NCBI GenBank assembly: GCA_965112155.1
Contig: OZ218101.1
DNA from: Podarcis liolepis
Lineage: Eukaryota
Reading direction: 5' to 3' (one strand)
Length of the DNA: 64,000 nucleotides
This document shows positions 54,047 through 64,000 of the stretch, piece after piece; the first letter of the stretch is position 1; the number at the start of each line of letters is the position of its first letter. A model generated the notes under the pieces. It saw nothing but the letters and a program-made list of their open reading frames with translations, did not search any database and was not told the DNA's origin. Made by a program: the position numbers and the translations under genes.

Positions 54047-55514
54047 ACGGCGTCCTCCTGCGCACGCGCGTACCGGGCCGCCTCCCCCCCCCCACCGCTC
54101 CCTCACGACCCTCAACCGCCTGCCATCGCCTAGGATCTTCTTCGGAAACTCCCGCTCCCGAGTTGTGTTCTTTCCCGCGGTACCAATGCTAAAAGGTGCG
54201 ACGCTACCGCGCCCGTGAGGTAGCGCTGGGGGGAATCATGCAAGGCCCGACAAGAGCGAGAAGGGGAAGGAGGAACTACGTTACCCATGGTGCACTCCGC
54301 TCTCAACCGGCTGCTGCCATAGATGTAGATGTAGACTCATGCGTAGCGTCTCACTTCTGGGCTAACTTTGTTTGTTTGTTTGTTTGCTTCGAGCGTCAGA
54401 AGGGAGACAAAAAGCTGGAGAAACTCGGGATTCCCCGTCCCCTGTAACTGGGCAACAGCAAGCCCTCTACAAAGGATTTATTTTCTTTTTAGCGCTGGTC
54501 TTGCCATTTATTTATTTTTAAGTTATTAACCATTTTAAAGTGAGCAATGCACTCGTATGCAGCTTGTTGAAGCACAAGACTTCTGCACGCAGTTCAGTGC
54601 TGGATTTGGGCTGAGAGGAGATCTAAGGTGGGGGGCTCTTTTTTTTTGCCGTAGCCTGGAAAGATGCAGCCTCCTTTTTTAACTTGCACTATTATAGATG
54701 GGGATGCTGAGGCCAGTTTGCATTTACAGCCTCAAAAATATCCCTCGTACAAAAACACCATTTTGCAACAAGGTAATCCCGCCCTCAGATCAGTTCAGCG
54801 CAGAACTGCATGTAGAAGCACAGATTTGAAGGCAGGATACGATGGCTGTTTTGGTACAGTCAATGCAATTTTAAGAATTCCCACCCACATTTCCCACACA
54901 AAATAAAAGCCGAGTCGAAAATAACACGTCCTTTGCTGTTACCTTCTGTTTCTGGCTAGGCATACTGCTGCTCAGGAGCAGCTATACCTAGATACTGCCT
55001 TTCCCCATTGTTTTTCTACCGCCGTCTTCCCCTTCCGTCATATAGTGAAGCGGCAAAAAAGAGCGTCAAAGGAAACCAGGAAGTCCCACCTCCATTCTAT
55101 TGTAGCTCTGTAAATATCTTACCTCTACGGCCGATGCGAGCGTGGGAGGGGTGGAGTGGGAATTCTATACTTCCCACAATGCACCGCGACGGAGGCGGTT
55201 GCGATTACTGTACCCCCTCTCTCTATACTGTACATGTATATATAAACAATCCCGTTCACTACATTTCCCACAGTCCACCAGGAGGACTACATTTCCCACA
55301 AGGCGTTAAAAAAAGAAACGAAAGCGAGGGAAAGCGCCGGCGAGTCGCTCCGCTGTGCTCCTTCAAGCTGGCTTCCCCAGTGGTTGTTTTTGACGGGTGA
55401 GGTAATAGCAGGGGGTTCGTTATGGAGAGAGGGCGGAGCCCTCCGTTCTGGTTGGCTAAGGGCGGGGCGCGAGCTTGGCTAGGCGGCTCCTCCGAGGGAT
55501 TCGATTGGTCACCT

Positions 55515-55614
55515 GAGAGAAGGAGGAAGGGAGGCGGCGTGGAGGTGAGGAGGATGGGGACGTGGCTCGGCTTCTCCGGCGGTGGCTCGGCTGCGGTGGG
55601 ACCTTTCCGTGCAG
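55515..55614 (+). other. TMCO3: Putative non-coding exon 1 of TMCO3 (start approximate)
   Basis: Strong donor CAG|GTGAGG at 55614/55615 just downstream of the GC boxes and CCAAT box. TSS not determinable from sequence. Confidence 0.5.
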
Positions 55615-55926
55615 GTGAGGCGATGCGAGGTGGGGTAGAGTGGGGGGGGGGTAGAGAGAGGAAGTGCTATGTCGTTCGCCACCCCCCCTGCTTCTTTCCC
55701 TCACTTTCCAGTCGGCCCTGACGGGACTGAGGGATCCAGGTTGGAAATGAAAGAAGGAAGAGGCTCCGAAACCGGATCCTGAATCGCCTTCGGCGGCCCA
55801 CCCTCGCGCGTGATCTCATGACACGGTTCATGCACACGATTTGAGTGGCAGTGTCCATCAACTTCAGAGCCGGGGGTCTTTTAGACCCATGGGGCTGGAC
55901 CCCCCCCCCAAAAAAAATCAAGTAAA

Positions 55927-55976
55927 TGTGGCTGGGGAAACTCAGCCAGATGGGCGGGGTATAAATAATAAATTAT
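55927..55976 (+). mobile_element. L2 extreme 3' end fragment
   Basis: gtggctggggaaactcagccagatgggcggggtataaataataaatt matches the reverse complement of ~27070-27117. Confidence 0.65.
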
Positions 55977-56445
55977 GACTGACCAGTTGCGCCACAGATA
56001 ACTTGGTTCTGCCTCCCCTAACATCATGCCTGCCCCCCCAAATAAATCATGGTTACACCCAAGCCTGGACCCCTCCAATGTTTTATTGGGCGGGGCCCTG
56101 AAGTGACCTCAGCCCCAGGAGTTGGTTCCTAAGGTGGCGTCATAAAGGAGGCAGTGCTGGACCTGCGTTTGTTATTTTTAGTATGGGACCAGAGGGTGGT
56201 GGTTAGCGAGTTGGATCCTTCCCCCCAAAAAGAGGGGTGGTGTGGTGGTGGTGGCTTCTTCCTCTCCCTCCTCCCCACCAAATCTCCGCCATTTGTTACA
56301 TCTTTAGCACCAAGGGAATAATGGTGTGTCTTGCTGCTCTCCCTGCTGCTGGACATGCCCTGCCCTTTAAAGCAAGCGGGGTTGGGAGCTTGGGAAGTGG
56401 ACGCCGCTTCAGAATTTCTTCCTTCCAATGAACAGAAAGGATATA

Positions 56446-56758
56446 CAGTGGTACCTCGCAAGCCGAAATAGTTTTTCGTTTTTTGAGTTGCTTCGCAAGA
56501 CGAATTTCCCTATGGGCTTGCTTCGCAAGACGAAAAACGAAAACGTCTTGCAAGTTTGTTTCCTTTTTCTTAAAACCGTTAATACCCAGGGTGACTTCGA
56601 GGAGCAACTCATAGCACGCAGTGTGGTAGCCTTTTTTGAGGTTTTTGAAGACTTTGGTGATTTTGAAGACTTTGGGAAACCGTGCTTCGCAAGACGAAAA
56701 ATTCGCAAGACGAAAAAACTCGCAGAACGAATTAATTTCGTCTTGCGAGGCACCACTG
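56446..56758. mobile_element. Tc1/mariner-superfamily MITE (CAGTGGTACCTCGCAAG subfamily)
   Basis: TIRs CAGTGGTACCTCGCAAG...CTTGCGAGGCACCACTG; internal ttcgcaagacgaa repeats. Confidence 0.8.
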
Positions 56759-58349
56759 CACACCTTTATGCACCTTGGTCAGGGCTGATGTAAATGGTCT
56801 GCTATAACTAGTGTTTTAATGAGCCGTTTCATAAATGCCTTTCCTGGGACTAGATGTTGTCTCATATATATGTAAGTAGTTGGTGCCAGCAGCAATCAAG
56901 GTCATCAGACTACTCCCTGAGGTCCATAGATGTTTGAAGGGGATGCTGAATTGAGCCATGGCTCCAGCACAATCTTCCTCTTTTCACAGTATTTAGTGAA
57001 TTAAGTATTATGGAAGTAAGGAATTTGATCTTACTGAGGAATAAGTCTTGCTTGGGAGTACCTGAAAACCTGGAGATATCCTTGACAGGATTGATGGATC
57101 TGAAGTTTTAATGGCCATCCACTGCTGTTTAACACGCTTGGCAGAGCACTTGAGCAAAATTATGCATGTCCTTATTTTATATGTATAGATGCCTCTGGGA
57201 AATTAAGACAGTGGGTACATTGGGATCTCACCAACACTATGATCCACCATCTTATCATCAAAGTAAAACAACAACAGGTTTTTTTGGGAAGAGCAAACAG
57301 CAGGAGATCAAGGAGCTGCCCCAGAGTTCCAAAACTCAGGTCTCCAGACCACTCCATAACAATATGGATTTGCAGCATCACATATTCCTGGTTATTGTAC
57401 AGAACAAAGCCATGTCACAGCCCTTGACTTTAATGGGTTTACGATCTATGTAAACCGGAGAGATTTGGAAAGGAAGAGGTCAAGGAAATGTTCAGTATTG
57501 TTGACTGTGAGAAGGAAGTTGCTTGACAAGTAGAGAGCATGAGGTGTTGCACAGAAAAGGAGGAGCACAATAACAAAAGCAATGGAGGTGGGGGAAGTCA
57601 AAGGGAGGGAAAGTAACTGATGGTTTGTGTGGAAGAGGAGTGAAAAGACATGGTAACTTGTAAGAATTATAAACTTTAATGTGTATATGGCTCTAAGGAA
57701 GGACATAGTCGTGATCGAGAAAGATGAGAGAAGCAGGAAGGGTCCTGGGATTATAAGGTGCCTTTTCTTCATATTCTTTTGTAGTTAGGTTAGTTACTAG
57801 GAAATTAAAATATTGTAATCAATTGTACTTTATTTTATTCATTTAACAATATTTGAATACTGCTTGATTGTAATAAAAAAACCTTTCAGTAAGTAGCCAT
57901 TTTACTTTTTGTTTTGAAATGCAGAGTTGGGAATCATCATTTATTGTCCATATAAGAAGATCAAGCAACCATTCCATTAGTGAAAATTAATTGAAGAGTA
58001 TTTGATATAATTCAAGGAAAATATATTAAAATATTTTTCAGTAGAACTCTTTCCATCTTGATAGATGTTAGCTAGTGCTATGTTTTGGACAAAAAGCAGA
58101 CCAAGAAAGAAGATGTTTTTCATAAAAAACAATGTAACCTTGAAGAAAGAAGAGTGTGCAGTGCTTAAGGTATTTTCATCTCCTGGTTTCTGGAATTTGA
58201 ATTCATATTTGGTTCAGCAGTATACTAAGAATTACAGCTAATTTTTATTAATTGATCACACTGCATATATATTTGAGATGCGAAAAGCATATGATGGAAA
58301 GTTTGGGATAATTTCTGACTGCTTTCCTATGATTGGTAATAATTGGACC

Positions 58350-58796
58350 ATGAAGGTAACTGGATTTATTTCCTTATGGGTGTTGGCTTCATTGTTTTGC
58401 TGTCAACTAATAACACCTGTGGAACATGAGGATATAGTGAAACATGCAATAAAACTGCATCGTGGTAGAGGAGTTGCTGCTACACAGAAGAAACAATGGC
58501 TTGTAGAAAACTGCAGAAAGCTATCTGGACTCCTGCGTCAAAAGAATGTGGTTCTCAACAAACTAAAAAGTGCAATAAGAGCAGTAGAAAAGGACTCCGC
58601 ACTGTCACTTGCAGAAAGAACTTTTCAAGTCCACACATTTGAAATTTTTCAAAAGGAGCTGAATGAAAGTGAAAACTCTGTATTTCAAGCAATCTACGGA
58701 CTCCAAAGAGCTTTACAAGGTGATTATAAAGATGTTGTGAACATGAAGGAAAGTAGTCGGCAGAGATTGGAAGCTTTGAGGGAAGCAGCAATAAAG
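58350..58796 (+). CDS. TMCO3: TMCO3 first coding exon (signal peptide + coiled coil)
   Basis: Encodes [41 protein letters not shown]...[20 protein letters not shown] start context; donor AAG|GTTAGT. Confidence 0.93.
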
Positions 58797-58985
58797 GTTA
58801 GTTCTCTGTACAGTTGAAAAATTACGGTAATGTTCTAGAAACTAAAGGATGTCAAGGTAGCTATTGCCTATAGACAGGTTTCAACAAAGTATTAGGTTGG
58901 TTTCAACAAACTTGCCAGCTGTGCTTGGTGGAGGAGGGGGAATCACACCCATCACATTAATTTTGAGATAATGCTTTGCATAGGG

Positions 58986-59121
58986 CAGGCTTCCTCAACC
59001 TCGACCCTCCAGATGTTTTTGGCCTACAGCTCCCATGATCCCTAGCTAGCAGGACCAGTGATCAGGGATGATGGGAATTGTAGTCTTGAAACATCTGGAG
59101 GGCCAAGGTTGAGGAAGCCTG
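58986..59121. mobile_element. Palindromic ~135-bp hAT MITE
   Basis: CAGGCTTCCTCAACCT...AGGTTGAGGAAGCCTG long inverted arms; TSD gc(a/t)taggg. Confidence 0.88.
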
Positions 59122-60273
59122 GCTTAGGGCAATATCTGGTGTTATACTCTGAGTAGACCTATTAAGTCTGTTTATTTCAATGGCTCAATTCTGAGTATGA
59201 TCAACATTGGATATCGCCCTTAGAACCAAAGTTGCAAAAAAAGCCAATGCGTGCAGAATTTCCCATATTATCAGTGGTCATATTTGGGCCATAGATGCTT
59301 TGCAAATGGCACATCTATGTATGATGCCCAGAGACAGGACAGGGACTCATGACTGATTGGGCAGGCTGCTGCATACTCCACAACCAAAAATACCCAGTAA
59401 CTGACCCATAGTGAGTTATGACATTCAGTAGTAAGAACTACTCTTCTGCTTTCAAATGCAATATTATACTCTCTTAAGTGTCAAGTTCTTGTTCCGTCTG
59501 TCCAAATAGGAGACAAAATATTTCTCAAACGTGTTCAGTTCTATCATTTGTTATGCTCATAAGCCTTTGATAGGAGCAAACTTCATTAGCTCTTGACAAG
59601 GTAGCCAAAGCCCCTACGTTAAATCATCTAGAATTAAAAATCTGTTACTTCCACTGTTGCTGGGCAAGGAGATGCCTTTCTTAAGTAAGGAAGGAAGAAG
59701 TGCATTCATGCCCATAAAGGTTGCCATGTCAGCAGAGGATATACAATCAGTGACACTGCTCTTTTTTCATTGTAACTCCTTTTCCCTCAGTGTGGTCATG
59801 AGAAGGGGTGGCTGCAGAATGACAATAACCACATAATGAAATGAGAAGAGAAATATTGCCTTGCATTTTTATACTTAGAGAGATGTTACGTTGTACCCCA
59901 TAGTTCCCCATAAAATCACTGGTGATGTTGAGTAAATTGCTATATTTCACCCTTAATACATATATGCCATCTTGTACTTTGTGGGTGAAAACTGGGATAT
60001 AAATACAGTTAATAAATAATGGCTACTGAAAGGAGTAAACATTCTGCATATGTTAACTGTCCTTATTATAAAATGGCCTTTTTAAGGATTTCACTCCCGC
60101 TTCATTGAGGATCTAGAGCTGAAAGGCAATTCAAGGACCTCAGGAAGCTTTGTATGAAGTATTTGTTCTGCAGCTTTTAAAAAGTTTTGTAAGAACTTTG
60201 ACAAAATGAAATGTTCAACTTGTGAATTTCAGCTTTGAAAAAATATCTGATTTTTTTTAATGAATTCTAACAG

Positions 60274-60453
60274 GAAGAAACAGAATATGTTGAACTTCTA
60301 GCAGCAGAGAAACACCAGGCTGAAGCCCTGAAAAACATGCAGCATCAAAATAAAAGTTTATCCATTCTTGATGAGATTCTTGAAGATGTAAGAAAAGCAG
60401 CTGATAGGCTTGAAGAGGAAATAGGAGAGCATGCCTTTGATGACAACAAGTCA
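60274..60453 (+). CDS. TMCO3: TMCO3 coding exon 2 (180 nt)
   Basis: aacAG|GAA GAA ACA...TCA|GTAAGT; encodes [60 protein letters not shown]. Confidence 0.95.
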
Positions 60454-60879
60454 GTAAGTTTATCTAGAGAGGGATTTTTATAGCTATTGAGTTCTACTAC
60501 TTACTATCTTATATAACAATTTATCAAAAGTATTCTTATTAAGTATTTTTATGTTATGTTCTCCAGTTAAGTGGCATATTGGCAGAATAAATAAGAATAC
60601 TATCATTTCTTCTAGTTGCAATATAAATTCTAATTTGAAATCCAATGCAATGGGGAGGATTCCAAGTCAGCAACTGCAAGTTTTCTTCAGTGGTGAGAGG
60701 CGAGAAATACATAGTAGCTTGTATGTAACCCACATAACTGCAGAAATTAAAAGTAGCAAAACTAGAAACTTTTAGAATAAAAAATGGCAATGTAACAGAT
60801 ACACAAGATTGATATCGCTGACCTGGAGGTTATTAAGGCAATACAAACAATTTATAAAAAGTGAAATCCTGGTGTTGTA

Positions 60880-61097
60880 AGAACAGCTTGGATTACTGCA
60901 ATGCGTTATATGCAGGGCTGCCTCTGAAGACTGTTTGGAAGCTTCAGCTGGTGCAGAATTCAGCAGCTAGGTTGCTCACTGGGGCAAAATGGTTTTAGCA
61001 TATCCTGGCTTCCGGGCCCAATTCAAAGTGTTGGGTTTGGCCTATAAAGCCTTAAACAGCTCAGGACTGCAATACTTCAAGGACCATCTCTCCCCAT
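60880..61097 (+). mobile_element. L2-clade LINE internal fragment, decayed
   Basis: ttggattactgcaatgcgttatatgcagggctgcct = [12 protein letters not shown], homologous to the 27-kb copy. Confidence 0.7.
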
Positions 61098-61332
61098 AAA
61101 AACCACATTGGAGAGGTACCTATGGATGTTTTTTCAGCCACAATCAGAAGGCTTCCAGGGCCAGATCTCTGCCCACAGAGAGGGATGTCCACACTGTTCT
61201 GTGACCTCTGAGGATACTTTCTGAGACCATAGGATTGCTTGCTCATTATTTCCTTTTAAACTCTAAAAACAAACAAAAAAAATGGTGTAATAAATAGATG
61301 ACAATAATGAAAAACCTTTGCTTCCTTGATAG

Positions 61333-61524
61333 GTGAGGGGAGTGAATTTTGAAGCTGTTTTAAGAGTCGAAGAAGATGAAGCAGATACTAAAAGAAATGT
61401 TTCAAAACGGGTAGTAGAAGATGATTTGGGTCTAAGCATGCTTATTGATTCCCAAAACAATCAGTACATACTTACTAAGCCCAGAGACTCTACCATTCCA
61501 CGTGCGGATCATCATTTTATAAAG
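61333..61524 (+). CDS. TMCO3: TMCO3 coding exon 3 (192 nt)
   Basis: atAG|GTG...AAG|GTAATG; encodes [16 protein letters not shown]...[25 protein letters not shown]. Confidence 0.95.
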
Positions 61525-62278
61525 GTAATGTATGTAAATAGGGCTGAGCATATTAATAAAACTTAAATTAAAAGTGAGTATTGGCTGTATACTTACATTT
61601 CAAAAGACAGAAATATAAACAACAATTATGAACATATTAAAGTTATTTGCCAATACCAGTTTGTAATCGTGTTATATCCGGGTGTCAGGAACTTTTTATT
61701 GCTGTCATATCTTAAAATACTACTGGGTTTTCCCGAATTAAAAATGCTGGTATTGAAACCTGGCAAAAATGGCAGAAAATAATGAATATTAATTTCTGAG
61801 AATTAAAAATTGTGATTTTAGGTCCTACATTGGACTGCACTAGCTTGTATGATTATCTCAAGATCATTATTTTATCTGAAAGTCTGTGATGCATCTTCTT
61901 AGACTTTGCCTTGGATGTTTGTTATAGACATTATTCAACCACAAACTTGTGTTTGCCGCCAGGAGTACACTCAACAGGATGATAATTGCCATATACAATG
62001 TAGCTATTTGATGTAGATGTCACTCTGCCTTAACTGAAAGAGACTTCTAGATAGGCTCCATTATTAAACATGTCAACCTTTTTACAGTCCCATTATATAT
62101 ATATATATGAGAAGTCTGAGTTCTGGTACTAAAAGTAGTATAAAATACTACTATGATCCCTCCATCTGCTTTTAATGCAGAAAAAAATTCTAGGATAGAT
62201 CTATTGCACCAAGTCAAAGCTCTTTCTCATCACCCTCATTTTTGCGGAAGTTTGGTTTATTTTTGAGTTGCCCTTGAC

Positions 62279-62414
62279 CAGGCATTGGCAACCTCAGCCT
62301 CCCAGATGTTTTGGGACTACAGTTCCCATCATTCCTGACCACTGGTCCTGTTAGCTAGTGATCATGGGAGTTGTAGTCCCAAAACATCTGGAGGGCCAAG
62401 GTTGCCTATGCCTC
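62279..62414. mobile_element. Palindromic ~135-bp hAT MITE
   Basis: Perfect 8-bp TSD CCCTTGAC (62271, 62415); inverted arms ccagatgttttgggactaca / tgtagtcccaaaacatctgg. Confidence 0.88.
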
Positions 62415-63375
62415 CCCTTGACACTAAAGGCAGCAGGGAAGTCCTTGCTCATATAGGAGCTCCTGCGTATGCAAGAGCTTCCGATTTGAGCTCTGTGTGC
62501 CATAACTACAGCAGCTGTTCTTATAGAGCTGTACTGGGTTATTTTTTAGTGACAGCTGGTATAAAAAATGAATTTAGAATTTGTGATCTGATTCCATTCA
62601 CAGCTATGGGGGAAAAAATAAAACCCAAATAAGAATGTGATATGCACCATAAATGTCATTGCACCCTGGGCTGCTCATCCAGTTCACAAATGAAATGGAA
62701 TTGTTATGAAACCAGAACCAACAAAGGGCAATATTAGTTGTGGTTTTTTTCCTAGAGAGAGAAAGGTGTCAGAATGCACATCCCTCAGCAGAACCCACCT
62801 CAGAGATCCTCTTGGGGATGGGGGAGATCTCCTTGCCAGCCAGAGGCTTGCTGAGGCTGCTCACCTGAGGCAAGGGGAGCCTTCTACACTGCAGCTGACC
62901 AGCTTAATGGCTATGCACCTCTCCGGTTCAGCTAAAGTATGGAGAGGCTTCTGTGCCTCAGCTGACCAGCTTAATGAGCAACCCCCCACCCATATGTCTC
63001 TCTGACTAGTGTGAGCCAGAGCAGTTCGGGGCTTGCTCAGCTGAGGCATGGCTTTCCCACACAGCAGCTGTTAGCCAGGAGGCTGAAGAGCCTAAGTAAA
63101 ACTCTGCTGTGCCTCCAGCTCACGAGGAAACCCTCTCCAGAGCCCTCATCTTCAGGCTCTGGGGAAGATGTCCTCATGAGCCGGGGGTGCAGTGAGGCTT
63201 TGCCCCTTGTCCCACTCAACTCCACATAGTGTTTCAGGAATGCAGTGTTCCCTGAAAAGGCCCAGTGACGATCCATGAAACCTCTTCCTTCCTGGATCAG
63301 TAGTATGTTCCCTTGCTTTGCATGTTGACATATGTGTGTGGAACATTTTTATTTTATTTTTGTTTTATTTATTAG

Positions 63376-63504
63376 GATATTGTCACCATAGGAATGCTAT
63401 CTTTGCCTTGTGGGTGGTTATGTACAACAATAGGATTACCAACTATGTTTGGATACATTATCTGTGGAGTGCTCTTAGGACCATCAGGCTTAAACAGCAT
63501 TAAG
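63376..63504 (+). CDS. TMCO3: TMCO3 coding exon 4 (129 nt; start of the cation/H+ antiporter-like TM region); gene continues beyond the window
   Basis: ttAG|GAT...AAG|GTAAGA; encodes [43 protein letters not shown]. Confidence 0.95.
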
Positions 63505-63700
63505 GTAAGATTTTGGAGAGGTACAGTGTTACATAAGCTGATATTAATTTATGCACCAGGGCTCTTCCTTCCTCTCCCCCCCCCCCCCGCAGTCCTGTAC
63601 AGCCCCAAAATCTGCTCTGGAGAGGTAAGGGCATTAAGGGGTTTATGTATGCTTTCCTTATTGTGGAAGTAAAATGTAAGCAGATACTGTATGTATAGCA

Positions 63701-64000
63701 CAGTGTTTCCCAACCGGTGTTCCGCGGCACACAAGTGTGCCGTGAGACGTTGCCTGCTGTGCCGTGGGAGGGAGGCGGGCGAGTTGGGCGGCGAGAGGCG
63801 GGGCGGCGGCGGCGAGGAGAGGCCGCCCAGCGCGGGGCTTTCGCCGTCTGCCTGCCTGGCTGCCTGCGTGGCGCTGACGTCACGGGGCTGTAACGTGCCC
63901 CACATAGGCACGCTTAGACCCTGGCTAGGAAGCGCCTTTGCCCTTGCCTTTTGCTCTCCTTACTTCCAGAAAGCTGGGCTGGTCGCCCGCTCCTCTCGGC
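63701..64000. mobile_element. Left end of a young CpG-rich hAT-like element, cut by the window end
   Basis: Begins CAGTGTTTCCCAAC followed by gcggcacac...gtgtgccg subterminal palindromes; abrupt GC/CpG increase within an AT-rich intron. Confidence 0.6.

Larger units (their letters stand above)
53080..55820. promoter_or_regulatory. CpG island / divergent promoter region of DCUN1D2 and TMCO3
   Basis: Sharp rise in GC and CpG. NRF1-like TGCGCACGCGC 54059-54069. ZNF143/ACTACA-type motifs at 54275, 55165, 55258, 55286. GC boxes ~55431 and ~55460. Reverse CCAAT (ATTGG) ~55505. Confidence 0.8.

Noticed and set aside
54281-54290. Alternative DCUN1D2 start ATGG|GTAAC
   Set aside because: A phase-1 donor is incompatible with phase-0 exon 2; the sequence is better explained as part of a ZNF143-type motif.
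53085-55921. Multiple ORFs across the CpG island
   Set aside because: GC-rich DNA is depleted of stop codons; the peptides are low-complexity reads of promoter and microsatellite sequence.

Overview
Vertebrate (squamate, most likely lacertid lizard) genomic DNA: AT-rich introns with Sauria SINEs, L1/L2/CR1 fragments and many hAT and Tc1/mariner-type MITEs. It carries the block ADPRHL1(-) / DCUN1D2(-) / TMCO3(+), as on human 13q34. I traced the exons by hand using GT/AG ends and reading frame. ADPRHL1 has 7 exons giving a 354-aa short isoform. A splice donor overlapping its stop codon joins in frame to a 4.2-kb eighth exon, giving a ~1767-aa long isoform. DCUN1D2 is complete (7 coding exons, 259 aa; exon 1 contributes only the ATG). 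TMCO3 shows a putative non-coding exon 1 and 4 coding exons and runs past the window end. DCUN1D2 and TMCO3 are head-to-head on a CpG island with clustered ZNF143/ACTACA motifs. The most interesting part is the ADPRHL1 giant exon. It has candidate F-actin-binding helical motifs, an array of ~20 degenerate ~25-aa repeats that is still expanding (a young 180-bp duplication), and a short structured-looking C-terminal module. I recall an equivalent long isoform being annotated in mammals, so the isoform itself is probably not new; its internal architecture is my inference. No prokaryote-type system (CRISPR etc.) is present.
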